Shown here: positions 37,077-46,033 of the stretch, in pieces
Layout: each line of letters begins with the position of its first letter
Position numbering within the stretch: the stretch's first letter is position 1
NCBI GenBank assembly: GCA_051986435.1
Contig: JBPYFM010000155.1
Location: forward strand, 1,548 to 65,547
Direction of reading: 5' to 3'
DNA length: 64,000 nt
Source: Solirubrobacterales bacterium
GTDB lineage: Bacteria > Actinomycetota > Thermoleophilia > Solirubrobacterales > 70-9
Position numbers and translations under genes: made by a program
Notes under the pieces: model-generated
Seen by the model: the letters and a program-made list of their open reading frames with translations, nothing else
The model's database searches: none
Told to the model about the DNA's origin: nothing

Positions 37077-37624
37077 TGGCGACGCGCGGGGAGACGAAGC
37101 TCGACGGCGTCGTCCTCGTCGAGCCGCAGGTGCACGGCGACGAGCGCGGCTTCATGGTCGAGACCTACGCCCGCGACGAATGGGGCGGGCTCGGGGTCGA
37201 CGTCGACTTCGTCCAGCACAACCACTCGCGCTCGAGGAAGGGGACCCTCCGCGGCATCCACTTCCAGACCTCCCCGGGGCAGGCGAAGCTGGTGCGCTGC
37301 GCGCGGGGCGCGATCGTCGACGTCGCGGTCGACCTGCGCAAGGGCTCGCCGACCTATGGCCAGTGGGAGGCGCACGTGCTCGACGACGAGAAGCACCATC
37401 AGCTCTTCGTGCCGGTCGGCTTCGGCCACGGGTTCGCCGTGCTCAGCGATCTGGCGGACGTCTGCTACCTGGTGTCCTCCGTCTACGACCCCGCCACCGA
37501 GGCGGGCATCGCCTGGGACGACCCGGACGTGGGGGTCGACTGGCAGGTCGAGGAGCCGCTGCTGTCGGAGCGGGACAAGACGGCTCCGAGGCTGGCCGAG
37601 ATCGGGGATTCACTTCCCTGGTGA
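37076..37624 (+). CDS. rmlC: dTDP-4-dehydrorhamnose 3,5-epimerase
   Basis: The GTG overlaps the rmlB stop by 1 nt. HGDERGFMVETY, LRGIHFQ and KLVRCARGAIVDVAVDLR motifs. Confidence 0.9.
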   Translation: MATRGETKLDGVVLVEPQVHGDERGFMVETYARDEWGGLGVDVDFVQHNHSRSRKGTLRGIHFQTSPGQAKLVRCARGAIVDVAVDLRKGSPTYGQWEAHVLDDEKHHQLFVPVGFGHGFAVLSDLADVCYLVSSVYDPATEAGIAWDDPDVGVDWQVEEPLLSERDKTAPRLAEIGDSLPW

Positions 37625-37642
37625 CGTAGGCTGCCGCCGCAG

Positions 37643-39277
37643 GTGGTCTCGCGGCGGGACATGAGGATCACGCTGGCGGCGATGACGCTGGCCAGCTCGA
37701 TGATCCTCGTCGACCAGACGGCGGTGCCGTTGGCGGCGCCGCATGCGATCTCGGGGCTGCACGCGCAGATCTCGCAGTCGCAGTGGCTGATGACGGCGAA
37801 CATCCTGCCGCTGGCGGCGCTGATGGTGTTCGGGGGGCGGCTCGGGGACCTGTTCGGGATGCGGCGGGTGTTCCTGGTCGGGGCGGTGGTGTTCGCGCAG
37901 GCGACGACGGCGATGGGCGCGTCGCAGGACATCGCCTGGGCGATCGGGGCGCGGGCGGTGCAGGGGGCGGGGGCGGCGCTGATGATGCCGACCGCTTTGG
38001 CGATCGTCAGCGCCGTGTATCCGGACGAGGAGAAGGGGGCGGCGCTGGGGATCCTGGCGGGGGCTTCGGCGTTCTTCGCCGCGCTCGGGCCGGTGCTCGG
38101 GGGCGTGCTGACGGCGATCGACTGGCGTCTGGTGTTCTTCGTGAACGTGCCGCTGGCGGTGGTCGCGATCGCGCTCACGCTGCGGGCGACGCCGCGGCTC
38201 GAGCCCGACCCCGACGCCTCGCGCGACCTCGACCTCCCCGGCGTCGTCGCCTTCGCGCTTGCCGTCGGCACGATCGTCTTCGGCCTCAGCCAGGGCCCCG
38301 AGGAAGGGTGGGGCGACGCCTCGACGCTGGTGCCGATCGCGGTCGGGATCGTCCTCGTCCCGGTCTTCCTGGCGATCGAGCGGCGGACGCGCAAGCCGAT
38401 GATCGACTTCGCGCTCTTCCGCCACGAGAACTTCCTCGCCTCGAACCTGAGCCAGCTCCTGGCCGGGATGATCGAGCTCGGCCTCGGCTTCCTGACGCCG
38501 TTCTTCCTGCTGCTGGTGGTGGGCGTCTCGCCGACCGCGGCCGGGGTCGCGCTGATCCCGGCGACGATCCCGGTGATCCTCGCCGGGCAGCTGGCGGGCA
38601 AGGCCTTCGACCGCTTCGGCGGGCGCCTGCCGCTGGTCGCCGGCTTCCTCGTGCTCGCCGCCTCCGGGATCGTCCTCGCGGTCTCGGTCTCGAGCGAATC
38701 GGCGGTCGCGCTGATCCCGGGGCTCCTGCTGCAGGGGCTCGGCCTCGGCATCGTGCTCACCGTCAACGATCCGACCGGGCTGACCGCGGTCCCGGAGAAG
38801 GACGCGGGGGAGGGGGCGGGCATGATCAACACGTCCGAGCAGCTCGGCGGCGCGCTCGGGATCGCGGCGCTCTCGGCGGTCGAGCTCGGCATCAACTTCC
38901 ACACGCTCGACTCGAGGCTCGCCGCCCAGGGCGTCCATCCGACCCCGCGGCAGTTCGAAGAAGCGCGCAACGTGATCGTCGAAGCCGAGCAGAAGGGCCT
39001 CGACCACCTCCCGCACACCGAAGTCCTCGACATCATCAAGCCGGACGTGATCGCCTCCCACGTCCACGCCTTCGAAGTGCCCTTCTACGCCTCCGCCGGG
39101 ATCGCCGTCGCGGGCGCGCTGGCGAGCCTCCTCCTCGTCCGCCGTCGCGACCGGGTGCGGGAGAAGGCGGCGGGCGTCTTCACCCGCCGCTCCCGGTGGA
39201 TCTTCGCGACCAGCGGGCGCTCGCCCGCGATCACTCGCCGGCCGCCGCCGCGCGCCCCGGAATCGGCGAGCGGCTGA
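37643..39277 (+). CDS. MFS transporter, DHA2 (EmrB/QacA, 14-TMS) family
   Basis: LVDQTAVPLAAPHAI, GGRLGDLFGMRRVFLVG, and about 14 hydrophobic segments. An alternative ATG start lies at 37661. Confidence 0.85.
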   Translation: MVSRRDMRITLAAMTLASSMILVDQTAVPLAAPHAISGLHAQISQSQWLMTANILPLAALMVFGGRLGDLFGMRRVFLVGAVVFAQATTAMGASQDIAWAIGARAVQGAGAALMMPTALAIVSAVYPDEEKGAALGILAGASAFFAALGPVLGGVLTAIDWRLVFFVNVPLAVVAIALTLRATPRLEPDPDASRDLDLPGVVAFALAVGTIVFGLSQGPEEGWGDASTLVPIAVGIVLVPVFLAIERRTRKPMIDFALFRHENFLASNLSQLLAGMIELGLGFLTPFFLLLVVGVSPTAAGVALIPATIPVILAGQLAGKAFDRFGGRLPLVAGFLVLAASGIVLAVSVSSESAVALIPGLLLQGLGLGIVLTVNDPTGLTAVPEKDAGEGAGMINTSEQLGGALGIAALSAVELGINFHTLDSRLAAQGVHPTPRQFEEARNVIVEAEQKGLDHLPHTEVLDIIKPDVIASHVHAFEVPFYASAGIAVAGALASLLLVRRRDRVREKAAGVFTRRSRWIFATSGRSPAITRRPPPRAPESASG

Positions 39278-40667
39278 CCCGCAGGCCCGGCCGCATCACG
39301 GCCAGGACGACGGCCAGCGCCGCCGCCACGAGCCCCGCCGAGACGGCGATCGTGGTCGGCACGCCTTCGGCCAGGGCGGCCGCCCCGGAGCCTTCGCTCG
39401 CCGCCGCGAAGACGGTGACGAGGACGCCGATCCCGATCGTCGAGCCGAGCTGCTGGAAGACGTTGACGAGGCCCGAGGCCGCGCCCGCGTCGTGGTTGTC
39501 GACGCCGGCGATCGCCGCCTGGGTCAGCGGCGTGAAGGCGAGGCCCATGCCGACGCCGATGAACGCCATCGGGATCGCGATCCCGGTCCAGTAATCGGTG
39601 GTGGTCGAGATCCGGCTCAGCCAGATGAGCCCGGCCAAGGCGAGCACCAGGCCGCCGATCAGGGTGAGCTGCGGACCGACGCGCCCGAGCAGGCGCGGCA
39701 CCACTTTCACCATCGCGAAGATGGAGAGCGTGACCGGCAGGAAGGCGAGGCCGGCCTTCAGCGCGCTGAAGCCCTCGGCGCCCTGCAGGAACTGGGTCAG
39801 GTAGAAGAACATCCCGAACATCGCGCCGACCATCAGCAGGCGCGCCGCGTAGGCGCCCACCCGCTCGCGGCTGGCGAAGAGGCGCAGCGGCGTGATCGGC
39901 TGCCGGGCGCGTTTCTCGATCGCGACGAAGGCGGCGAGCATCAGCGCGGCGACGGCGAAGGAGCCGAGCGCGACCGCGTCGCCCCAGCTCGTTTCGGCGG
40001 CGCGGACGAGGCCGTAGACGAGGGCGCTCATGCCGAGCGTCGAGGTGAGGGCGCCGGCGAGGTCGAACTCACCGGTGTGACGCTCGGTCTCCGGCAGGTA
40101 GGCGGGCGCCAGCGAGATCAGGACGGCGCCGATCGGGACGTTGATGAAGAGGCTCCAGCGCCAGGAGATCCAGCTCGTCAGCATGCCGCCGAGGACGAGG
40201 CCGATCGAGGCGCCGGCGCTGGCGACGGCGGAGTAGAGGGCGATCGCGCGGGTGCGCTCGGAGCCCTCCGGGAAGCTGATCGTGAGCAGGGCCAGGGTCG
40301 AGGACGCGGCGATCGCGGCGCCGACGCCCTGCAGGGCGCGGGCGGCGAGCAGCCAGGTCTCCGACTGCGCGAGGCCGCCGAGCATCGAGGCGCCGGTGAA
40401 GAGCGCGATGCCGCCGATGAAGACCTGGCGCCGGCCGAGGAGGTCGCCCATCCGGGCGCCGAGCAGCAGCAGCCCGCCGAAGGCGAGCGCGTAGATGTTC
40501 TGGACCCAGGAGAGGGAGGCGGGGGAGAAGCCGAGGTCGGTGCGGATGTCGGGGAGCGCGGTGATCACGACCGACGCGTCGAGGACGACCATCAGATAAC
40601 AGCCGAGGATGATCGCCAGCACCATCGCCGGGTTCGTCGCGGCCCGCCTCTGGAGAAGGGAATTCAT
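39231..40667 (-). CDS. MFS drug-efflux-type transporter, DHA2 family
   Basis: VVLDASVVITALPDI..LSWVQNIYALAFGGLLLLGARMGDLLGRR. Divergent from a TetR gene. Confidence 0.85.
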   Translation of the reverse strand: MNSLLQRRAATNPAMVLAIILGCYLMVVLDASVVITALPDIRTDLGFSPASLSWVQNIYALAFGGLLLLGARMGDLLGRRQVFIGGIALFTGASMLGGLAQSETWLLAARALQGVGAAIAASSTLALLTISFPEGSERTRAIALYSAVASAGASIGLVLGGMLTSWISWRWSLFINVPIGAVLISLAPAYLPETERHTGEFDLAGALTSTLGMSALVYGLVRAAETSWGDAVALGSFAVAALMLAAFVAIEKRARQPITPLRLFASRERVGAYAARLLMVGAMFGMFFYLTQFLQGAEGFSALKAGLAFLPVTLSIFAMVKVVPRLLGRVGPQLTLIGGLVLALAGLIWLSRISTTTDYWTGIAIPMAFIGVGMGLAFTPLTQAAIAGVDNHDAGAASGLVNVFQQLGSTIGIGVLVTVFAAASEGSGAAALAEGVPTTIAVSAGLVAAALAVVLAVMRPGLRVSRSPIPGRAAAAGE

Positions 40668-40728
40668 GCGGGGAAGTCCTTTGGAAGAAGTGCGGGGGTG
40701 TTAAAATGGAGTCATCCTCCGGGTAAAT

Positions 40729-40743
40729 CGGAGGGCGCCTCCG
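40729..40743. promoter_or_regulatory. Putative TetR operator 1: CGGAGG-gcg-CCTCCG
   Basis: Perfect 6+3+6 palindrome in the MFS/TetR divergent spacer. It lies 33 bp centre-to-centre from operator 2. Confidence 0.5.
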
Positions 40744-40755
40744 CTTCTTGAGAGC

Positions 40756-40785
40756 ACTATACGGAGGCAACCTCCGCTTTGTCAA
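40756..40785 (-). promoter_or_regulatory. Sigma-70-type promoter for the MFS gene: TTGACA-N18-TATAGT on the minus strand
   Basis: The minus strand reads TTGACA at 40785-40780 and TATAGT at 40761-40756. The spacer is filled exactly by palindrome 40762-40776. Confidence 0.55.
40762..40776. promoter_or_regulatory. Putative TetR operator 2: CGGAGG-caa-CCTCCG
   Basis: Same half-sites as operator 1. Sits between the -35 and -10 elements of the predicted MFS promoter. Confidence 0.5.
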
Positions 40786-40807
40786 GCCCTGGCGTGAGGA
40801 TCCAGAG

Positions 40808-41401
40808 ATGGCTGCGACCCCCGACACGACGACTCCCGACCTGACCGCCCTCGCGGCCCGGCCGAAGCGCGCCGACGCGCGCCGCAACTACGACAAGCTG
40901 GTCGCCGCCGCCCGCGAGGCGTTCGCCGAGGAGGGCTCCGGTGCCACCCTCGAGGAGATCTCCAAGCGCGCCGGGGTCGGCATCGGTACCCTCTACCGCC
41001 ACTTCCCGCGGCGCGAGGACCTGCTCGAGGCCACCTATCTCGGCGGCGTCGAAGAGATCTGCGCGGCAGCTGCCAAGTACGAGGACCTCCCCCCCTGGGA
41101 GGCCCTCACCGGCTGGCTCGGTGAGTTCGTCTCCTTCGCCGCCACCAAGCGCGCCCTGGCCGAGGAGATGTTCACCTACCTCGACCGCGACGCCCCCGTC
41201 TTCAAAGGCTGCGGCGGCGCCATCTGGAGCGCCGGCGAACCCCTCCTCAAGCGCGCCCAGGACGCGGGCGAGGTCCGCGCCGACGTCGACATCTCCGACG
41301 TCACCAAGATGATCAGCGGCATCGCCGGCCTCCGCCGCACCGAGCCCGAGCAGATCGAACGCCTCGTCGCGATCGCCCTCGACGGCCTGCGCCCCGCCTG
41401 A
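40808..41401 (+). CDS. TetR-family transcriptional regulator
   Basis: GAGGA RBS, then an ATG at 40808. RRNYDKLVAAAREAFAEEGSGATLEEISKRAGVGIGTLYRHF is the TetR N-terminal HTH. Confidence 0.85.
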   Translation: MAATPDTTTPDLTALAARPKRADARRNYDKLVAAAREAFAEEGSGATLEEISKRAGVGIGTLYRHFPRREDLLEATYLGGVEEICAAAAKYEDLPPWEALTGWLGEFVSFAATKRALAEEMFTYLDRDAPVFKGCGGAIWSAGEPLLKRAQDAGEVRADVDISDVTKMISGIAGLRRTEPEQIERLVAIALDGLRPA

Positions 41402-41435
41402 GTCGCCTCACCCGCCGCCGGTAGCCTGCGGCCGC

Positions 41436-43304
41436 ATGACGGCGGCGGCCAAACGGGTCCCTGTGCCGGTCTGGGGCGGGCTGGTGGTTGCGCTGCTCGG
41501 CTGGCAGGTCGGCTTCCAGACGCCGGGGGCGGGGCTCGATCCGAGCTGGAACGCCGGGCTGGCGATGGCCGTGCACCAAGGGCTGCGGTTCGGCAAGGAA
41601 GTGGTCTTCACCTACGGGCCGCTGGGTTTCCTGAACTCGCGGATCGCTTGGTTCAGCGGTTTGAGCGTGCTGAGCTTCATCTACGCGGCGGCGCTTTACG
41701 TCCTCTTCTGCGTCGGCCTGGTGTGGGCCTTGCGGCGGGCACTGCCGCTGCTTCTGGCGACGGTGGTCGCCTTCGTCGCCGTCGCCTGGCTACCTGTGCC
41801 GCTGCTCGAGGTCGGTTTGCTGACCGCCGTCTTCGCCTGCTTCTGGCTGCTCGAAGCTGAGCGCTCGGAGCGGGAGCTCTGGGCCTTCGCCCTGGGCGCG
41901 GCGACCTTCGCCGCCCCCGCCGCGCTGGTCAAACTCTCGACCGGGCCGTTGGTAGCCGTCGTCCTCCTGGTGGCACTGATCGGGGCGCGCGCCGGACGCA
42001 GGCGGTTCGTGGCCTACCTGGTCGTCTTTTTCGCCTGGACCCTGCTCTTGTGGCTGGCGACCGGCCAGAGTCTCGGCGACGTTCCCGCCTTCGTCGGGCA
42101 CACGATCGAGATTTCGAGCGGCTACAGCTCGGCGATGTTGCGCTCGACCACGGTCGCGCCCTGGAAGGTGACGGCGGCGGTTATCGCCGCGATCGGCTCC
42201 GGCCTGGCGCTGGTCGCCGCTGCCTGGTTCTGGGGCGGGCGCGACCGGGCGACGCGATGGGCCGGGACGGTGATCGCCGCGCTCGTCTCCTTCGCGATCT
42301 ACAAGGAGGGCATCGTCCGCATCGACGCCGGCCACCTCACCGTGCTCTTCGCGAATGCCGCCGTGGTCTGGGTCGCGGTCGGCCTCGGCGGGCGGCACCG
42401 GGCGCTGATGCTCGCGGGGGCGGCGATCGTCTTCGCGATCAGCCTGCCGGTACGCCCGGCCGGCCTGTCGACCAACTTCGACCCGGTGTCCAACGTCCGC
42501 GACGCGGTCGAAAACACGCGCACCCTCTTCAGTCCCGGCCGCAGGGCGACGTTGATCGGCTTCGGCCACGCGGCGATGGAAGCGGAGTACGGACTCGCAC
42601 CGCAAGGCCTGGCGGCGGTCGGCGGCCACACCGTCGCGGTCGAACCGTGGGAGATCGGGGCCGCCTGGGCCTACGAACTCGACTGGCAGCCGCTTCCGGT
42701 CTTCCAGAACTACAGCGCCTACACGCCGCGGCTCGACCGGTTGAACGCCGAAGCCGTCGAAGACCCGGACGGCCCTGAACGGCTGCTGCGCCACAACCCG
42801 CTGGTGGTGCAGCCGGAATTCCCGGGTGCCGACCTCGACGACCGCTTCCCCGGCTGGGATCCGCCCGAACAGGCGCGCGCCGTCCTCTGCAACTTCGCGC
42901 CGCTCTGGGAAGACGAACGTTGGCAGGTGCTCGGCCGGGTAGGGGACCGCTGCGGTGCGGAACGGGCGATCGGATCCGTGAGCGCGGCGGCGGGCGAAGC
43001 GGTGGACGTGCCGGCGCCCGGGCCCGGCGAAGTCGTCTTCGCGCGGGTCCACGGCGCGGGAGTGTCGGGCCTCGAACGCGTGCAGACCTTCCTCTTCCAC
43101 GCTGCCTCCCGCCACGCGGTGGTCAACGGCGAAACGCGCTACCGGCTCGTCCCGGAAACGGCGGGTGACGGGCTGCTGCTGCGTGCGGCCCCCGGCATCG
43201 TCCCGTCCGGCCCGTTCGACCCGGTGCCGGAAGCGCGCACCCTCGCGGTCGAAGGCGGAGCCGACCGCATCACCTACGACTTCTACGCGTTGCAGGTCCG
43301 ATGA
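41436..43304 (+). CDS. Polytopic membrane protein with large C-terminal extracytoplasmic domain, unknown function
   Basis: About 10 N-terminal TM segments and the motif DPSWNAGLAMAVHQGLRFGKEVVFTYGPLGFL, then a soluble region of about 270 aa. Confidence 0.6.
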   Translation: MTAAAKRVPVPVWGGLVVALLGWQVGFQTPGAGLDPSWNAGLAMAVHQGLRFGKEVVFTYGPLGFLNSRIAWFSGLSVLSFIYAAALYVLFCVGLVWALRRALPLLLATVVAFVAVAWLPVPLLEVGLLTAVFACFWLLEAERSERELWAFALGAATFAAPAALVKLSTGPLVAVVLLVALIGARAGRRRFVAYLVVFFAWTLLLWLATGQSLGDVPAFVGHTIEISSGYSSAMLRSTTVAPWKVTAAVIAAIGSGLALVAAAWFWGGRDRATRWAGTVIAALVSFAIYKEGIVRIDAGHLTVLFANAAVVWVAVGLGGRHRALMLAGAAIVFAISLPVRPAGLSTNFDPVSNVRDAVENTRTLFSPGRRATLIGFGHAAMEAEYGLAPQGLAAVGGHTVAVEPWEIGAAWAYELDWQPLPVFQNYSAYTPRLDRLNAEAVEDPDGPERLLRHNPLVVQPEFPGADLDDRFPGWDPPEQARAVLCNFAPLWEDERWQVLGRVGDRCGAERAIGSVSAAAGEAVDVPAPGPGEVVFARVHGAGVSGLERVQTFLFHAASRHAVVNGETRYRLVPETAGDGLLLRAAPGIVPSGPFDPVPEARTLAVEGGADRITYDFYALQVR

Positions 43305-44236
43305 GGGCGCCGAGCAGCCACCCGGTCGCGATCGTCGTGCTGCTCGTCTTCGCGGTGCTGGCGGGCGCGGTCGCGATCGGCTCGATCTGGGCGAACCAGC
43401 AGTTGCTTTCGACCGGCAGTTGGGTCTCGGTGAGCGGCCGCCTCCTGGAAAGCAAGGACGTGCGCCACCGGGTGGCGGAGTTCCTCGGCGAAGAACTCGT
43501 CGCCGACACGGAAGCGCAGCTGGACGCCGCCGGCCAGGAAGGCGTGGCCGAACTGGTGGTGCCGCGGTTGCGCGCGCAGCAGATCCAGCTGGCCGAACGG
43601 GTGATGAAGACGCGGCAGTTCAAGGCGATCTGGCTGCAGGCGAACCGCGCCGGCCACAAGGCGCTCCTGCGGGTGCTCGACGAAGAAGGCAACGCCGCCG
43701 AAAACGGGGCGGTCGTCGTCAACCTGACCCCGGCGCTGCGCCAGCTCGCCGTCGTGCTCGAAGAAGAAGGGCTGGCGGAAGAGCTCGGGGCATCGAACCT
43801 CGCCGGGCTGGTCGAACCGGGCGCGGCGCGGATCAAGATCTTGGAAGCCGAAGAGCTGAGCCAGGCCCAGGACGTCGTGCGGGTGATCCGCCACCTGACC
43901 GCGCCGGCGGTGATCGTGACGCTCGTCCTCTACGCCATCGCCCTCTATCTCGGGCGCCGCCGGCTGGCACGCACCCTGGTCGGCGTCGGGGTCGCGTTCG
44001 CCGCCACCGGTGGCCTGGCCCTGCTCGCCCGCGCCCTCGTCGGGCACGAGATCGTCGACCAGCTCGTCGCCCGCGACCGTGACCGCGAAGCCGCCGATGC
44101 GGCCTGGCAGATCGCCACCTCGAAGATCGCCGACCTGGCGGGGATCGCGATCGGCCTCGGCGCGGTGATCGTCCTGCTCGTCGCCGCGGTCGCGATCTTC
44201 CGCAAGGCCGCGGAGCAGCGGGCGGTGGTCGAATGA
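43301..44236 (+). CDS. Membrane protein, unknown function
   Basis: ATGA overlap with the upstream gene. N-terminal TM, a helical region of about 170 aa, then 3 C-terminal TM segments. Confidence 0.55.
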   Translation: MRAPSSHPVAIVVLLVFAVLAGAVAIGSIWANQQLLSTGSWVSVSGRLLESKDVRHRVAEFLGEELVADTEAQLDAAGQEGVAELVVPRLRAQQIQLAERVMKTRQFKAIWLQANRAGHKALLRVLDEEGNAAENGAVVVNLTPALRQLAVVLEEEGLAEELGASNLAGLVEPGAARIKILEAEELSQAQDVVRVIRHLTAPAVIVTLVLYAIALYLGRRRLARTLVGVGVAFAATGGLALLARALVGHEIVDQLVARDRDREAADAAWQIATSKIADLAGIAIGLGAVIVLLVAAVAIFRKAAEQRAVVE

Positions 44237-45105
44237 GCCTCGGCGGCATCGAGGCGGGCGGCACGCAGTGGAACTGCGCGATCGGCGACGGCGAGAGCGC
44301 CGACCCGGCGCGGATCGAGACCTTCCCGACCATGACGCCGGCCGAGACGATCGCCCGCGCGGTCGAGTTCTTCGCCGCCGAGCCCGACCTCGAGGCGCTC
44401 GGCGTGGGCCTCTTCGGCCCGGTCGAGGTGCGCCGCGACTCGCCTCGCTGGGGGACGATCCTGACTACGCCGAAGCCGGGCTGGGAAGGCGTCGACGTGG
44501 CGGGCGCGCTCGCCGACGCCCTCCAGGTGCCGATCGCGCTCGACACCGACGTCAACGCCGCCGCGCTCGGCGAGTGGCGCCACGGCGCCGCCCAGGGCCT
44601 CGAGACCTTCGTCTACGTCACGGTCGGCACCGGGATCGGCGGCGGGGTCTTCGCCAACGGGCGTCCGCTCCACGGCCTGCTCCACCCGGAGGTCGGCCAC
44701 ATGAGGGTCCCGCATGATCGTGCCCGCGATCCCTTCGAGGGCTGTTGTCCCTTCCACGGCGACTGTCTCGAGGGCCTCGCCTCGGGGACCGCGATGCGCG
44801 AGCGCTGGGGCCGACCCGGCGAGGAGCTGACCGACCCCGAGGCCTGGGACCTCGAGGCCGAGTACTTGGCCCTCTGCCTCGCCAACGTCGTCATGGTCCT
44901 GTCGGCCGAACGCATCGTCCTCGGCGGCGGCGTCGGCCGCGCCCCCGGCCTGATCGAGCGCGTCCGCACCCGCCTCCAGGAGGCCGTCGGCGGCTACATC
45001 GACGCCCCGGCCCTCCGAGACCCGGCCACCTACCTGGTCCCGCCTGCCCTCGGCCCCCACAGCGGCGTCATCGGCGCCCTCCACCTCGCCAGAACCGCGT
45101 GTTGA
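44233..45105 (+). CDS. ROK-family sugar kinase (fructokinase/glucokinase-like)
   Basis: GGIEAGGTQW, VTVGTGIGGG, and the Zn motif HPEVGHMRV..CPFHGDCLEG. ATGA overlap with the upstream gene. Confidence 0.85.
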   Translation: MSLGGIEAGGTQWNCAIGDGESADPARIETFPTMTPAETIARAVEFFAAEPDLEALGVGLFGPVEVRRDSPRWGTILTTPKPGWEGVDVAGALADALQVPIALDTDVNAAALGEWRHGAAQGLETFVYVTVGTGIGGGVFANGRPLHGLLHPEVGHMRVPHDRARDPFEGCCPFHGDCLEGLASGTAMRERWGRPGEELTDPEAWDLEAEYLALCLANVVMVLSAERIVLGGGVGRAPGLIERVRTRLQEAVGGYIDAPALRDPATYLVPPALGPHSGVIGALHLARTAC

Positions 45106-45149
45106 TGGGCCGAAAACCGCTCTATATCAGCGGTTTTCGGCCCATCAAC
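45101..45149. repeat. 49-nt palindromic repeat, copy 2; probable bidirectional terminator between convergent genes
   Basis: GTTGATGGGCCGAAAACCGCT-ctatatc-AGCGGTTTTCGGCCCATCAAC. The ROK kinase stop codon (45103-45105) lies inside the left arm. Confidence 0.8.
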
Positions 45150-45153
45150 GTCG

Positions 45154-46023
45154 TCAGCCGCGGCCGCGGAGGGCGGTGATCGTGAGGCTCACGGCGAGCT
45201 TGGCACCGATGCCCAGGTAGACGGCCGCGTTAAGGAGGGGGTTCGCCTCGGGGGCGTCGAAGCGGCGGTAGAAGCGGCCCATGCCGCGGTGAAAGGCGAT
45301 CTCCTGCTTCGGGGCGCGGCGGCGGGCGCTCGAGCCGCCCTTCACGTGCAGGGCGACCGCACCCGGCTCGTAGAAGACCTTCCAGCCCGCGTCCCAGAAG
45401 CGGTGGCACCAGTCGAGATCCTCCATGTAGAGCCAGTAGCCCTCGTCGAGCAGGCCCACCTGGACGATAGCCTCCGCCCGGCAGAGCATGAACGCCCCGT
45501 TGACCGCGTCGACCTCGCCCGGCTCGTCCTCGCCGAGGTGCGTCGCCCGGTACTGGGAGAGCGAGGTGCCCGCGCCCTCGCCTCGCCCGATCCCGGTGAA
45601 GTGAGCCAGCGCCGCGAGCGGGGTGGGAAAGGAGCGCTTCGCGGCGTGGTCGAGCTCACCGTCCTCGCGCACCAGCTTCGCCCCCACCATCCCGATCGCG
45701 GGGTCGGCGGCGAGCCGGGCGAGGCAGGTGTCGAGCGTCCCGTCGTAGACCTCGGTGTCGGGATTGAGGAGCAGGACCGCGTCCGCCGTGCTCTCCCGCA
45801 GCACCAGGTTGTTGGCCGCGGAGAAGCCGATGTTCCCCCGCCGCTCGAGTCGGAACTCGGGGAATTCCCGCGCGACCATGTCCGGCGTCCCGTCGGGGCT
45901 GCCGCTGTCGACGACCGTGACGGTCATCGCCGCGCTCCGCGGCGGATGGTTCCGGAGGCTCGCCAGACAGCGCCGCAGGAGACCTTCGGCGCCGTGGCTG
46001 ACGACGACGACCTCGAGGTCCAC
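45154..46023 (-). CDS. GT2 glycosyltransferase, WbbL-like
   Basis: The GTG at 46023 is preceded by GAGG. LEVVVVSHGAEGLL, VTVVDSGSPDGT and YWLYMEDLDWCHR motifs. Confidence 0.8.
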   Translation of the reverse strand: MDLEVVVVSHGAEGLLRRCLASLRNHPPRSAAMTVTVVDSGSPDGTPDMVAREFPEFRLERRGNIGFSAANNLVLRESTADAVLLLNPDTEVYDGTLDTCLARLAADPAIGMVGAKLVREDGELDHAAKRSFPTPLAALAHFTGIGRGEGAGTSLSQYRATHLGEDEPGEVDAVNGAFMLCRAEAIVQVGLLDEGYWLYMEDLDWCHRFWDAGWKVFYEPGAVALHVKGGSSARRRAPKQEIAFHRGMGRFYRRFDAPEANPLLNAAVYLGIGAKLAVSLTITALRGRG

Positions 46024-46033
46024 CCGACAGACC

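Noticed and set aside
37483-39067. Two long minus-strand ORFs (518 and 485 aa) antisense to the MFS gene 37643..39277
   Set aside because: Their translations are Ser/Pro/Arg-rich or Arg/Asp/Glu-rich with no motifs. The plus strand encodes a clear 14-TMS DHA2 transporter.
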